From NCBI GenBank assembly GCA_030390025.1, contig CM059432.1, forward strand, positions 115,446,001-115,510,000: a stretch of DNA of 64,000 nucleotides, in the 5' to 3' direction. This DNA is from Squalus acanthias. Taxonomy: Eukaryota. Of the stretch, positions 47,700 through 61,138 are shown in pieces. Every line of letters begins with the position of its first letter. The stretch's first letter is position 1. Position numbers and translations under genes: made by a program. Under the pieces are notes generated by a model that had not been told where the DNA came from, made no database searches, and saw only the letters and a program-made list of their open reading frames with translations.

Positions 47700-50600
47700 T
47701 GATGAACTTCCTTCAATCATTTTATCTCATCCTCCTGGAATACCAACCCTAGCATATTTCCATTATAGAAAGCAGTTTCCTAACATTGATTTTAAATTTA
47801 ACCTTAGTCACCCTGAACCTGTGCACTCTTGTTCTGCTGCCCTGGCGCATTGAAGATATTGGGTTAACTTTCTGTATCCTGTGAAGTATCTTGTATACAA
47901 GGCTCCCTCCAAGACTTGTCCTTTTGAGGCTGAACATCCTGAGCTCAGGGATGTTCAACCTTTTGAAGCTGGGCGCTGTCTATGATAATGCAGAAGTGTA
48001 AGCACCAATACATAAATTGTAAGGCCCTCTTACACAAAAATATTCAAGCCTTTACCCCCCTTTCCCCATCCTCTCCATCCCTGAAACTTGAAGACATGTA
48101 TGCTTCAGCTCCTTAAACTTTCCAGGCCGGGAGGACTGGTAAAGGCTGATCCCTGATTGGTGCAAAAAGGCTACTCTTCGATTGGTCAAAATCTACCAAT
48201 CAGTGAATAGTCCTTTCCAATCCTCTGGACTTGTGAAGTTGAAAGAGCTGCAGTTAAAATTGGATTTGAAAGCAAATATTCCTCATAGCTCTTTCCTCTG
48301 TAACTGGGGATAAGCCTCCTTGCTCTCATCTGCACTTCTTTAGGATCCTGAATTATATGCAGTACTTTCATACAACATAACCCATAATTCTATTGCTCTG
48401 TTCATTGTTACCTCACACTGTTTGGCTTTGGTGATTGGTAAATTAACCAGCTCTTGGATCATCTCTTTCATATTTCCCTTTGACCATTCTGTTCCAACCA
48501 TGACTTACACCTGTCTCCTATTTTTACATCCAATATATGCAAGACTTTTCAGTTTGCGTTTGTTTTTATTGAATTTTATTTGTCACTGATCAGCCCAGGT
48601 GGGAACCCTATCTTTGTAAAATCTTGGCTGCCCCCTTTGAGTCTACAATCTCTTGTATATCCTTACTAGGAATAGGAGGGGTCCCAGCATAGACTGCTGA
48701 AGTTCAATACCCTCCTTTGTAACCTGGCTGCCCTTGCAACTATCCTCTGTCTCTCCTTTAGCCAGTTACTAATCGATCTCCATGTCTTAGCCTAGCTACC
48801 CATAGACTTATCTTTATAAAAGTCTTTAATGTGGTACTTTCTAAAAGATAATTTGAAAGTATAGATAGACTTTGCAACATGCCTTCTGTCAATCTGGGAT
48901 GTCGCCTCCTTTTTTCAAAAAATCTATGAAGTTGGTCTGGCAAGGTCGACCCCACTAAAGCTGTGTTGCTCATTTATTAGATTATTTTCATGCAGATATT
49001 TAATTTTGTTGATGATTATTGAGGTCAGGCTAATGGATCTGTAATTAACAGATATCACACTTTGGTCCTTTTTGAATATGAGAACGACATTTGCCTGTTT
49101 CCAGTCTGTTTGACCCTCTCTACTATTCTTCAAAATGACCATCAGTGCTTTACAAATCTCTTGTCTCTTTTTAAATACCCTGGAGTAAAGTTAATCTGTC
49201 CTGTAGGATTGATTGATTGTCTGCCCCTTTAGCCCATCTAGAACCTCTGCTTTATGAATGTCAAAATGCTAAGCTCTCTGGTACATTGTTAGTTGTCTTC
49301 CTATCAAATCCTCCCAAAAAGTAATCATTTGCCATGTTACTCATCTCCTATTAATTCTTGTGTTTAATTGGATACGGGTGTCTGAGTGTTATAACTTTGA
49401 CCCTATCTTTTTCTATGTCCCTTTCCTGTTTTCTCTTAGCCTTTTGACCTGCTTTCACGTAATCCTATACTGGTCCCAATGATCACCCTCTCCCTTCTCT
49501 CATAACCCTAAGGTCACTTACTGTGGTCTGTTTCCTATATCATACTGAAAGGTATGATCACTATTGCTGATGGTTTCTTTACTTGTACTCCCTGAATAGT
49601 GTCTGGATCACTCAAAAGGATCAAGTGCAGAAGAGAGTCACCTCTCATGGGAACATCGTCAAAAAGCCGCTATGCATTACATTGACAAACTCAGCCTTCC
49701 CACTTGGGTAATCCTAAATTCTGTTGAGCTGGTTGAAGTCCTCCATTGGTACAACTTTCCTTTTCTCACTTACACTTCTAATACCATTAAAGTAATGTCA
49801 TTCTTCTTATCTGGCCTGCTGATCTGTAGTAAACCCCAAATGTTTTTCTGACCCTTTGCTTATTGAACACATTTTGTCTGAGATTTCATACCATTGCCTT
49901 TCTTTGGTGCTGACTCAACTATATTAACCTCCTAGTTGTCCCTTACACATAAGGCAGAGCTCTGCCTTCCTTTGCTTTCAATAGCCCAGAAATTAAAGAC
50001 TGAGTGTTGACGCGGGGGTAAGGCTTCCCCGCGATCTCTCACTCCGCGTTGGCTTTTTCAGATCCAGCTTGCACGAACTTGATGTTCTAGACATCAGCCG
50101 GGCAGTGCTTGCGTATCCCACCGGCGTAGTGAATTCGTGCGAGCTGTGGGATCACGTGACTCAGTTAGAGCCAATGGCAGCACACCATCTTCCATTCATA
50201 AGTTTCACATACGTGCTGTGAAAGCTATGAATCTTACACCCCCCCAAAATAACAGCTAAACCTCAATTAAATTAAAAAAAAACATCACATTAATAAAATA
50301 AGTATAGTTAAATAAATTAACCATTTTAAATAAAAAATAAAATTTTTGAAAAAATTTAAAATCTTTTAAAAAGTTATAAAAATAAACTTACTTGTCTTTA
50401 AAGTCTCTAAAAAAGATATACCTGTTAAAAAAAATTCAAAATAATACTTAATTCACTACTTACCTTGTTAAAAGTGGGTCTTACTCCTCCTTTTTTCATT
50501 TCTAAAATCTTCCGTCCTTACCTGCGCGTCCAAAGCACTAAGTGCACAGCGTGCGCGCAGCCTGTAGCGCGCACGCGGTGCACCGAGGAACCGCCCCCTT

Positions 50601-50860
50601 TTCCAAAAACCAAGTGCCGGTTTTCAGCGCATGCGCAGTGCATGCAGAAAACCGGCAATTGGTGACAGAATACGCGAGAGTACACAGTGCGTACTCTCGC
50701 GTCGCGGGACTAATTTTTGGGCCTATATCTCCAAAATGCTCTGTACCCTTGGAAAATATATCACCATCTATCTTTCTGGGTTATCCACATATTTGTGATT
50801 CTTATGACATCATAAATATTGGTTTCTACCACTTTATTTCAAGTGTTTCTAGGATTCTGA
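47700..50860 (-). mobile_element. Old, highly degenerate CR1 (interrupted by MITE 49983-50723)
   Basis: Remnant motifs YDVI.IT..W (~50790-50815), DWKQANVVLIFKK..NYRSISLTS (48924-49142), LVYKILH and HRFR (47749-47958). Confidence 0.7.
49983..50723. mobile_element. CpG-rich Harbinger-like MITE with multiple long internal hairpins
   Basis: TIR-like GCCCAGAAATTA / TAATTTTTGGGC; GC-rich ends around an AT-rich core; interrupts the old CR1. Confidence 0.65.
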
Positions 50861-50989
50861 TTTGTCACGCTACTTGTCCGATATCCAGTATTGGATGAGT
50901 AGAAATTTCCTTCAATTAAATATTGGGAAGACCAAAGCCATTGTCTTCAGTCCCTGCCACCAACTCCGTTCCAAAGCCAGCAACTCCAT

Positions 50990-52577
50990 GGGGGGAATTT
51001 TTACTTATAAAAATGGGTGGGTTTGGAGTGTGGGGGTAGTTATATTAAAAATCGGAATCCCGACCTGAACCCGCCTCCAACCCGCGCACTTCCGGTTTTA
51101 ACGGGGGCAGGATGGGGGCGGGCAGCCAACTCGCTCCCAGGAGACGGGAGGTCAATTTAAATATTACAATGAGGCTGGAAGCCTCTCTTTTAACCTTCAT
51201 TTTGTTTTTAACTGCAGCTGGTCAGCTTTTACACACTTCGTAAAACCCGGCAGTTACAGCAAGGCGGGGACTGCTGGATTGAGGTATGTGCCTTTACACT
51301 TACCTTGTGGATCCAGGATCCCTGCCTAGCCCACCACCTGTGCAATCGGAAACCCCCCCACGAGGCCTCTGATCGCCTTCCCAGACAGCCCCCCCCCTCC
51401 CCCAAATCAATGATCGAGGCCGGTCCCGATCTTCCTCTGCCCCCACCACCGATGATCTTGAGGCCGGCATCGATCTTCTTCCCCCCTCCTGGTCCCACAC
51501 AGCCTTGAACTTCTCTTCTTCCCCTCCCCCATTCTCCGGAGGCTGGCACCGGCCCCCACCTGATCCCTCTCTCCCTCCTTCCTTCCTCTGTGCGGCCCAG
51601 TGCCGCAGGCCTACCTGCCCGCAGCCAACCAGTCTGGCTGGCTGAGGACGGGAAACAGAGGCTTCAGATGCAAATCAGGCCCTGCCATTAAAGTCGGCAG
51701 GGCCTGCGGGAAACACGTTCTCCCGCCCGCATCAGAGCCCGCCGCGCCCCCCCCTCCGCAAACCCACCTTGAAATGTGAAGTTGTCCACTTTGGTTGGAA
51801 AAATAGAAAAGCAGAGTACTTTTTAAATGGAGAGAGATTGGAAAATGTTGGTGTTCAGAGGGACTTGGGTGTCCTTGTACGCGAATCACTGAAAGTTAAC
51901 ATGCAGGTACAGCAAGCAATTAGGAAAGCAAATGGTATGTTGGCCTTTATTACAAGAGGATTTGAGTATAAGAGTAAAGACGTCTTACTGCAATTATATA
52001 GGGCCCTGGTGAGACCACACCTGGAGTATTGTGTACAGTTTTGGTCTCCTTACCTAAGGAAGGATATACTTGCCATAGAGGGAAGTGCAACGAAGGTTCA
52101 CCAGGCTGGTTCCTGGGATGGGGGGATTGTCCTATGAGGAGAGATTGAGTAGACTAGGCCTATATTCTCTAGAGTTTAGAAGAATGAGAGGTGATCTCAT
52201 TGAAACATACAAAATTCTTACAGGGTAGATGCAAGGAGGATGTTTCCCATGGCTAGGGGGTCATAGTCTCAGAGTAAGGGGTCGGCCATTTAGGACTGAG
52301 ATGAGGAGAATTTTCTTCATTCAGAGGGTTGTGAATCTTTGGAATTCTCTACCCCAGAGGGCTGTGGAGGCTCAGTCGTTGAGTATATTCAAGACAGAGA
52401 TCGATAGAATTTTAAATATTAAGGGAATCAAGGGATATGGGGATAGTGCAAGAAAGTGGAGATGAGGTGGATCAGCCATGATCTTATTGAATGGCGGAGC
52501 AGGCTCGAAGGATTAAATGGCCTACTCCTGCTCCTATTTCTTATGTTCTTATGTTCTTCCCCATGAAAATCCAGACG
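50990..52577. mobile_element. Harbinger-like MITE (GC-rich), itself interrupted by CR1
   Basis: TSD CAT (50987-50989/52578-52580); degenerate TIRs GGGGGGAATTTT / GAAAATCCAGACG. Confidence 0.65.
51771..52558 (+). mobile_element. CR1/HER1-type 3' fragment, same subfamily as 46018-47332
   Basis: ORFs 51769-52137 and 52229-52465; (TTATGTTC)n tail. Confidence 0.92.
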
Positions 52578-53039
52578 CATCCCTCTCCCTGACCACTATC
52601 TGAGGCAGAACGAGACTGTTCACAACCTTGGCATCCCATTTGACCCTGAGCTGAGCTTCCCCATATTCTCTCCATCACCTGCTTCCACCCCATAACATTG
52701 CCCGTCTCCGCCCCAGCCTCAACTCATCTGCTGCTGAAACCCTCATCCATGCCTTTGTTACCTCTGGACTCGACTATTCCAATGCTTTCCTGGCCAGCCT
52801 CCCACCTTACACCCTCCGTAAACTTGAGCTCATCCTAAACATTGCTGCCAAGATTCTCTTAGTTTTCAGTAGGTAAGTTGAATATACACTCTATCATTCA
52901 GAGACTCAATCAACAAACCAACAAAAAATGTATTTAACAAATGAACAAATCATATTCAGTGCAAAACAATGCATTTACCATGATTTACAAACTTTACTAT
53001 CTTCCACATTACAGTAAAATAGTAAAAGCACTTCACTTG

Positions 53040-53540
53040 AGCTATCATAGAATCATACAGCACAGGAGGCCGCCATTGGGCCCATCGAGTCTGCCCCATC
53101 TCTTTCGAAGAGCAATCCAGTTAGTCCCACTCCCCCGCTCTTTCCCCATAGCCCTGTAATTTTTTTCTCCTTCAAGTATTTATCCAATTCCCTTTTGAAG
53201 GCTACTATTGAATCTGTACCCACCGCCCTATCAGGCAGGGCATTCCAAATCCTAACCACTCGTTGCATGAAACAATTTTTCCTCATGTTGCCTCTGGCTC
53301 TTTTGTCAATCACCTTACATCTGTGCCCTTCTGGTTATTGACCCTTCAGTCATTGGAAACAGTTTCTCTTTAGTTACTCTATCTAAACCCTTCATGATTT
53401 TAAACACCTCTATTAAATCTCCTCTTAGCCTTCTCTGCTCTAAGGAGAACAACCCCAGCTTCTCCAGTCTATCCATGTAACTGTAATCCCTCATCCCTGG
53501 TACCATTCCACTAAATCTCTTCTGTACCCTCTCCAAAGCA
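53040..53540 (-). mobile_element. CR1 3' fragment
   Basis: ORFs 53315-53575 and 53053-53313; CATAGAATCATA tail. Confidence 0.9.
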
Positions 53541-54081
53541 CCTCCTGTACCCTTTCCAAAGCTTTCAACATACATTAAATCTTATGCTGAACCATGTGCT
53601 GTCAAACTAGCCCAGTTTCTCTGCTGGCTACAGACTGCAGACTGACTTATGAGCCACAGAAGTATCATTCCAAGTCATTTGAAGGTGTACTGAATGAAAG
53701 AAAGATTTGCATTTATAAAGCACCTTTCACAACCTCAGAATATCCCAAAGCGCTTTACAACCAATGAATTACTTTTGAAGTGTAGTCGCTGTTGTAATGT
53801 AAGAAATGCGGCAGTTAATTTCACACAGCAAGCTCCCACAAACAGCATTGTAATAATCATCAGATAATCTGTCCTAGTAATTTAGGTTGAGGAATAAATA
53901 TTGGCCAGGATACCGCTGAGAACTCCCCAGCTCTTCTTCAAAATAGTGCCATAGAATCTTTTATGTCCACCTGAAAGGACAGACAGTGCCTCGGTTTAAT
54001 GCCTCATTCTAAAGACGGCACCTCTGACAATGCAGCACTTCCTCAGTACTGCACTGGAGTGTCAGCCTAAATATTAGTGCT

Positions 54082-57000
54082 AGAAAGTCCTTGAGGGATC
54101 AAAGACAGAATCTATTAGGTTAGAGTTGAGAAACAATAAGGAGCTATTACACTACTTGGTATATTTGATAGGTCACCAAACAGTGGGAAGGCGATAGAGG
54201 AGGAGATTTGCAAAGAACTTACTGAGAGGTGCAAGAACTATAGAGTACTGGTAATCGTAGACTTTAACCCAATATTGAATGGGGCAGTGATTGCGTTAAG
54301 GGCAGAGAAGGGGAGGAATTTCTGAGTGTGTTCAGGAGAATTTTCTTGATCAGTATGTTTCCTGCCCAACAGGGATGGATGCATTGCTAGAGAATGAAGT
54401 GGGTCAAGTTGAGAATGCCACAGTTGGAGAGCATCTCGGGAATAGTGATCATAGTAGCGTAAGGCTTAGATTAGTTATGGAGAAGGACAAGGAGAAATCT
54501 AGAATAAAAATACTTAACTGGAGGAGGGCTAATTTCAGTGAATTAAGGAGGGATCTGGCCCGGGTAAATTGGAGTCAAAGACTGGCAGGCGGAAATGTAA
54601 TGGAGCAATGGGCGGCCTTTAAAGAGGAGATGGTTCTGGTACAGTCTAGGTACATTCCCACAAGGGGAAAAGGGAGGGCAGAAGGCGGAGGTACTAAATG
54701 AATACTTTGCATCGGTGTTTACCAAGGAAGAGGACTTTGCCAAAGCTATGGTAAATGAGGAGGTTGCTGGGATACTGGATGAGATAAAATTGCATAAAGA
54801 GGAGGTATTAGAAAGGCCGGCAGTAATTAAAGTGGATAAGTCACTCGGTCCGTCCGGATGGGATGCATCAGAGGTTGCTGTGGATCAGGGCAGTGCAGAT
54901 GATGTTGTGTATATGGACTTTCAAAAGACATTTCATAAAGTACTGCATAATAGGCCTGTTAGCAAAATTGAAGCCATGGGAAAAAAGGGGCAGTAGCAGC
55001 ATGGATACAAAATTGACTAAGGGATAGAAAACAGAGTGTTGTGGTCAATGGCCGTTTTTCAGACTGGAGGGAGGTATACAGTGGCATTCCCCAAGGTTCA
55101 GTACTAGGACCACTGCTGTTTTTGATATACATTAATAACTTGGACTTGGAGGTACAGGGCACAATTTCAAAATTTGCAGGTGGCATGAAACTTGCAAGTA
55201 TAGTAAACAGTGTGGAAGATAGTGATAGACTTCAAGAGGACATAGACTGCTGGAATGGGTGGACACATGGCAGATGAAATTCAATGCAGAGAAGTGTGAG
55301 GTGATACATTTTGGTAGGAAGAATGAGGAAAGACCATACACACTAAATCATAGAAAGTTACAGCACGGAAGGAGGCCATTTCGGCCCATTGTGTCTGCGC
55401 TGGCCAACAAAGAGCTATCCAGCCTAATCCCACTTCCCAGCTCTTGGTCCGTAGCCCTGCAGGTTAGAGCATCCCAAGTGCACATTCAAGTACTTTTTAA
55501 ATGTGGTTAGGGTTCCTGCCTCTACCACCCTTTCAGGCAGTGAGTTCCAGACCCCCACAACCCTCTGGGTGAAGAAATTTCCCCTCAAATCCCCTCTAAA
55601 CCTTCCCCCAATTACTTTAAATCTGTGCCCCCTGGTTTTTGACCCCTCTGCTAAGGGAAATAGGTCCTTTCTATCCACTTTATCTATGCCCCTCATAATT
55701 TTATACACCTCAATAAGGTCTCCCTTCAGCCTCCTCTGTTCCAAGGAAAACAGACCCAGCCTATCCAGTCTTTCCTCATAGCTAAGATTCTCTACTCCCG
55801 GCAACATCCTTGTAAATCTCCTCTGTACCCTCTCTAGTGCAATCACATCTTTCCTGTAATGTGGTGACCCGAACTGCACGCAGTACTCTAGCTGAGGCCT
55901 AACTAGTGTTTAATACAGTTGAAGCATAATCCCCCTGCTCTTGTATTCTATGCCACGGCTAATAAAGGCAAGCATTCCGTATGCCTTCTTAACCACCTTA
56001 TCTACTTGGCCTGCTACCTTCAGGGATCTGTGGACATGCACTCCAAGGTCCCTTTGTTCCTCTACACTACTCAGTGTCCTACCATTTAATGTGTATTCCC
56101 TTTCCTTGTTAGCCCTCCCCAAATGCATTACCTCACACTTCTCCGGATTGAATTCCATTTGCCACTGTTCTGCCCACCTGACCAATTTATTGATATCTTC
56201 CTGCAGTCTACAGCTTCCTTCTTCAGTATCAACCACACAACCGATTTTAGTATCATCTGCAAACTTCTTAATCATACCCCCTATATTCAAGTCAAGATCG
56301 TTGATATATACCACAAAAAGCAAGTGACCTAGTACTGAGCCCTGCGGAACCCCACTGGAAACAGCCTTCCAGTCACAAAAACACCCATCCACCATTACCT
56401 CAGCTTCCTGTCTCCGAGCCAGTTTTGAATCCAACTTGACACTTTGCCTTGGATCCCATGGGCTTTTAACTTCGTGACCAGTCTGCCATGTGGAACCTTA
56501 TCAAAAGCCTTGCTAAAGTCCATATACATTACATCAAACGCACTACCCACATCTACCCTCCTTTTTACCTCCTCAAAAAATTCAATCAAGTTCAATCAAT
56601 GGTACAATTTTAAAGGGGGTGCAAGAACAGAGAGACCTGGGGGTGTTTGTGCACAAATCTTTGAAGGTGGCAGGACAAGTTAACAAAGCAGTTAATAAAG
56701 CATATGGCATCCTGGGCTTTATAAATAGAGGCATAGAGTACAAAAGTCAGGAAGTTATGCTAAACCTATATAAAACATTAGTTCGGCCTCAGCTGGAGTA
56801 TTGTGTCCAATTCTGGACACCACACTTAGGAAGGACGTGAAGGCTTTGGAGAGGGTACAGAAGAGATTTACTAGAATGGTTCCAGGGATGGTTACGTGGA
56901 TAGACTGGAGAAGCTGGGGTTGTTCTGCTTAGAGCAGAGAAGGCTAAGAGGAGATTTGATAGAGGTGTTTAAAATCATGATTTAGATAAGAGTAAATAAA

Positions 57001-57295
57001 GAGAAACTTTCCAATGGCTGAAGGGTCAATAACCAGAAGGCACAGATTTAAGGTGATTGGCAAAAGAACCAGAGGCGACATAAGGAAAACCTTTTTATGC
57101 AATGTTAGGATCTGGAATGCACTGCCCGATAGGGTGGAGGATACAGATTCAGTAGTAGCCTTCAAAAGGGAATTGGATAAATACTTGAAGAAAAAATTAC
57201 AGGGATATGGGGAAAGAGCAGGGGAGTGGGACTAACTGGGTTGTTCTTCATAAGAGCCGAATGGCCTCCTTCTGTGTTGTACTATTCTATGATTT
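54082..57295 (+). mobile_element. CR1 with internal deletions, interrupted by an antisense CR1
   Basis: ORFs 54375-54701, 55041-55277, 56619-56840, 57014-57235; ...ACTAAAT|GGTACAATT rejoins across the insert. Confidence 0.85.
55348..56594 (-). mobile_element. CR1 3' part nested in CR1
   Basis: ORFs 56395-56595, 55910-56434, 55424-55879. Confidence 0.92.
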
Positions 57296-57442
57296 TGTGC
57301 TCAAGTCTCTGGAGTGAGACTTGAACCCACAACCTCCGACACTGAGCCACGGCTAACATTAATAAAATGCTACATTTCCCTTAATTGTATTAGTTATCCA
57401 TTTTCCATCAATTACATAGGATATTTGCTACCCCCTTAAAAT

Positions 57443-58324
57443 ATGAGAAGTCGCACAACACCAGGTTATAGTCCAACAGATTTATTTAATTTTACAAGCT
57501 TTCGAAGCAGTTCGCTCCTTCGTCAGGTAAGTTAGCAATGAGAGAATCTCCCAGAATTCACAATTTAAACCCAGACAAAATCTATTCACATTATTCCCTA
57601 CAACAAAGAGCACAGCCAAGACAATGAGATGTGTCCCAGGGGGTCCAACGTGTCAAACCACCTGCTGGCTGCATATCCTGTCAATTTGTGTTCTTGTGTT
57701 AGTCTTTTTAAAAAAAAACACCTGGGAAGACCGGCCATGATGTCAAGTCACGTTCTGTATCGTGACATGAACCCGATATCGCGATTGAGGCCATCCTCAT
57801 GAGTGCGGAACTTGGCTATCAGTTTCTGCTCTATGATTTTGCGCTGTCGTGTATCTCGAAGGCCGCCTTGGAGAACGCTTACCCGCAGATCCGAGGCTGA
57901 ATGCCCCTGGCTGCTGAAGTGTTCCCCGACTGGGAGGCAACCCTCCTGCCTGGCGATTGTTGCGCGGTGTCCGTTCATACGTTGTCTCAGTGTCTGCATG
58001 GTCTCGCCGATGTACCATGCTCTGGAGCATCCTTTACTGCAACGTATCAGGTAGACAACGTTGGCCGAGTCACATGAGTATGTACCGTGTACCTGGTGGG
58101 TAGTGTCCTCACGTGTAATGATGGTATCTGTGTCCATGATTTGGCATGTCTTGCAGAGGTTGCCGTGGCAGGGTTGTGTGGTGTCTTGGTTGCTGTTCTC
58201 CTGAAAGATGTGTAATCTGCTGCGAACGATGGTACTTTTGAGGTTAGGCGGCTGCTTGAAGGCGAGTAGTGGAGGCGTGGGGATGGCCTTAGCAAGGTGT
58301 TCGTCGTCATCGATGACATGTTGA
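57443..58324 (-). mobile_element. Penelope-like 3' fragment with open linker + GIY-YIG frame and hammerhead at 57492-57530
   Basis: Frame open from 58323 to 57748 (PPLLAFKQPPNLK...PCHGNLCKTC...NVVYLIRC...YIGET); flanking 15-bp direct repeat CCCTTAAAATATGAG (57433-57447/58325-58339). Confidence 0.92.
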
Positions 58325-58899
58325 CCCTTAAAATATGAGTTAGTTGGTATTTAACACTTCATGAATCCAGCCAAAGATACTATAACCCAATGCTCCTGCA
58401 TTCAATTAGTATATTAAAATCCATCCTTTGTTTTAAAAGGAAGTAGTCACCAATTCACAAACATTCCATTTCAATATCCATTCAGGTAAGTCATCTTGGT
58501 TTCCATCCATGTGCAACGGCAGCAATTAGATCATGCATACCAAGGACTTCCAGAACAATGCATGTCTCTGCCTTTTCTTGAGGTGCAAATATTAGCCAGA
58601 CTGTAATGCAAGTTCCCTCCAGTTTACAGAAAACAGCTTCGTGATAATCTTAACGGTGTGTACTGTTACTAACAAGGAATTCAAATCAATAATCTTATAC
58701 AGATAAAAATACACTTTTGTCACAACCATATTTGCTGAAATGACACATAAACCTCAATGTTAGCAATGATAATTTCCATCAAAGGGCAGTACCCAACCAT
58801 TCTGAACAAGAAATTATCTTCTGAAGCTACTCACCCTAATATAGCATGAGTGTTTGAGTTCTCAAAATCTTGGCTGGAGCAGTTTAACCTCATGAGTGC

Positions 58900-59195
58900 A
58901 AAGAAAGAATTTTCATTTATATAATGCCCGTCATAGTACTCAGGGCATCCCAAAGTACTTCACAGCCAATGAATTACTTTTGAAGTGTAACCACTGTTGT
59001 TATGTAGGCAAACATGGCAGCTAGTTTGCATAGCAAGATCCCACAACAGCATTGAGACGAATGGTCAGTTAATCTGTTTTGGTGGTGTTGGTTGAGGGAT
59101 AAATGTTGGCCAGCATACAAGGAGGACACCCCTGCTGTTCTTCAAATAGTGCCATGGTATCTTTTACACCCCCCCTGAATAGGCAGACGGGGGAA
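58900..59195 (-). mobile_element. DeuSINE 3' part
   Basis: Reverse-strand similarity to 12270-12544. Confidence 0.75.
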
Positions 59196-61132
59196 GAGTA
59201 GTTAACTACAAAAATACACACTTAGAATACAATGAAAGGAATTAAAGTTTATAAGGATAAATACAATCAGACAATACTCTATGCTACAGGTGCAGCTTAG
59301 ACCGAAAAGGCCACTGGCAGGTTTTAGATAGCTATTTGTGTACCCTGTTTTATGAAGTTAGCTCATTAAGTATAGCTTGAAGTGCAGATTTGGATAGGTG
59401 TAGGGAGCATTCAAGTGGCAGGAGTGAAAACTTGTAAGTGAAATTTAAAGGGGACCAATTAGGGGAGTGTTCGAATAGGAGAACAAAAATTCCAAAAGCC
59501 TTTAGAAAGGCTCAGAAGACATCTCAATACACAGCGACCTTTGCTGAGGTTTACTGGGCAGCAGAGCAAGAGTGACAGGTAAATATGAAGGGAAAGAAAA
59601 TTCAAAGAGTATGCCCAGCATACCAGAAGCAAACCCTTCTGGTATGCTGGCCAACATTTATCCCTCAACCAGCACCAGGTAAATGACAGCAGCCCAGCAC
59701 CATTTGATGGCTGCTGAAGTGGATGCGATTCTGCACGAGAGGACTTCAAGTCGGGTGGCCCTCTGTACCTCTCCACAGCACCATCCTCATGCCAGCAAGG
59801 TGGAGGAGCCAATTTTCAGGCCACAACTGTTACTATCAACTGATGTTCCAGCCCTATGTCGCAATGGTACCCACAGGTATCCTTGTAGCACCTGGAACAG
59901 CTCTGTATCTAGCTTTCCGATGACCCAGACGCTGAAGACTATTCCCCATTCCATTGCAGTGCAGCTGCTGTTGATTTCGCTGGCATGCCTTCTGCCAATG
60001 CAATGCCACTGAATGCGTGAAATACTATGACTGAGGTGCTTCAAAGTTATATCCAACATTAAGGTAAGTCACATATCTTAGTAATGCGATCAGGTTTGCT
60101 GCCCTAGTTTCCTTGGGGGAATAGGAGCCTCATGTACTAATGGCCTGTCAAAGTGAGATCTGACCACTGTCTGCAGATGTGGGTGTGAGGGTGGACAAAA
60201 CCAACTCAGAGCCTGATCACCCTCCCATCCCTCCAAAAAGGTCCACCTCCAAACACCTCAGACAGGATTCTCATTGCTGCCAGTAACTGTTTGGGTCAAC
60301 AAAAAAAATAAACACAGGGCCCAAAGTGCCAGCAGAAATAAAATACAGAAACAAAATGAAATGTCAAAAAGAATTACAAAAATATTGCAGAATCAAAGTA
60401 CTTGCCCGTGCCCTTTGAATCTGTTACGGCCATTTTTCATGGGTTTTCTGTAGAAATTACTTACTGCATGCTTGAATGTTGGGAAATGGTGTGCAGAACA
60501 TCCCTACCCCGAAATAATATTTAAATGAAATACACAACCATTTTCCACTATTGGCTGCTCGATTGACACTGCTGCAATGGTCTCCCGTAGTGGAACATCT
60601 AGGGTTATAATTCCAGACTTGCTGGGACTTGGAATGCAACTGATCAGGGTTTGCTCATGTAGCTGGCACTATTAAGTTGATACCCTGAAGTTTTTACTTG
60701 ATTACCTTGGGGGAGGGGGTAGAAGGGAAACATCAGAAAGATTAATGTTCGAGGCTTTGTCTGTGATTAATTTACTTGCCTCCCAAGAGTGCATCACAGT
60801 GCAAATTATGCATGGCCGGTTGCAACAAGCAAACTTTTTTTTATTTTCATAAAAATCTTCTCAAAGCAGTGGTAATGTTAAAGACAACATAATCCATAAC
60901 AGTAGCTTTATTAAATGTGCTTGTGTATCTGTATGAAATGAATGTGGTGATCATAAGCCTAATATCTAAAGTTTGATAAATTGAAGTAATTCAAAATGAG
61001 GGCTGGAAAGGGGAGAATGATCAGTTAGTCAAAACATAATGAGGATGAGAATCAGATACTTGACTTACATATTTTCATTTACTCTGACCATTTAAATCAT
61101 GAAATCAATTATTTAAACTGAAGTTCTCCAAG

Positions 61133-61138
61133 TTTATT
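61133..61138 (-). other. Candidate DCAF13 polyadenylation signal AATAAA (alternative at 60907-60912)
   Basis: AATAAA on the minus strand ~475 nt after the stop; the AT-rich context makes a chance match plausible. Confidence 0.3.

Larger units (their letters stand above)
50865..52850 (+). mobile_element. L2 fragment split by a MITE (L2 parts 50865-50989 and 52578-52850)
   Basis: LSDIQYWMSRNFLQLNIGKT motif; the L2 resumes after TSD CAT with similarity to 16380-16880. Confidence 0.8.
53695..57360 (-). mobile_element. DeuSINE split by CR1 (parts 53695-54081 and 57296-57360)
   Basis: Body and tail are the reverse complement of 12089-12544; the head (GTGCTCAAGTCTCTGGAGTGAGACTTGAACCC) resumes at 57297. 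Confidence 0.75.
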
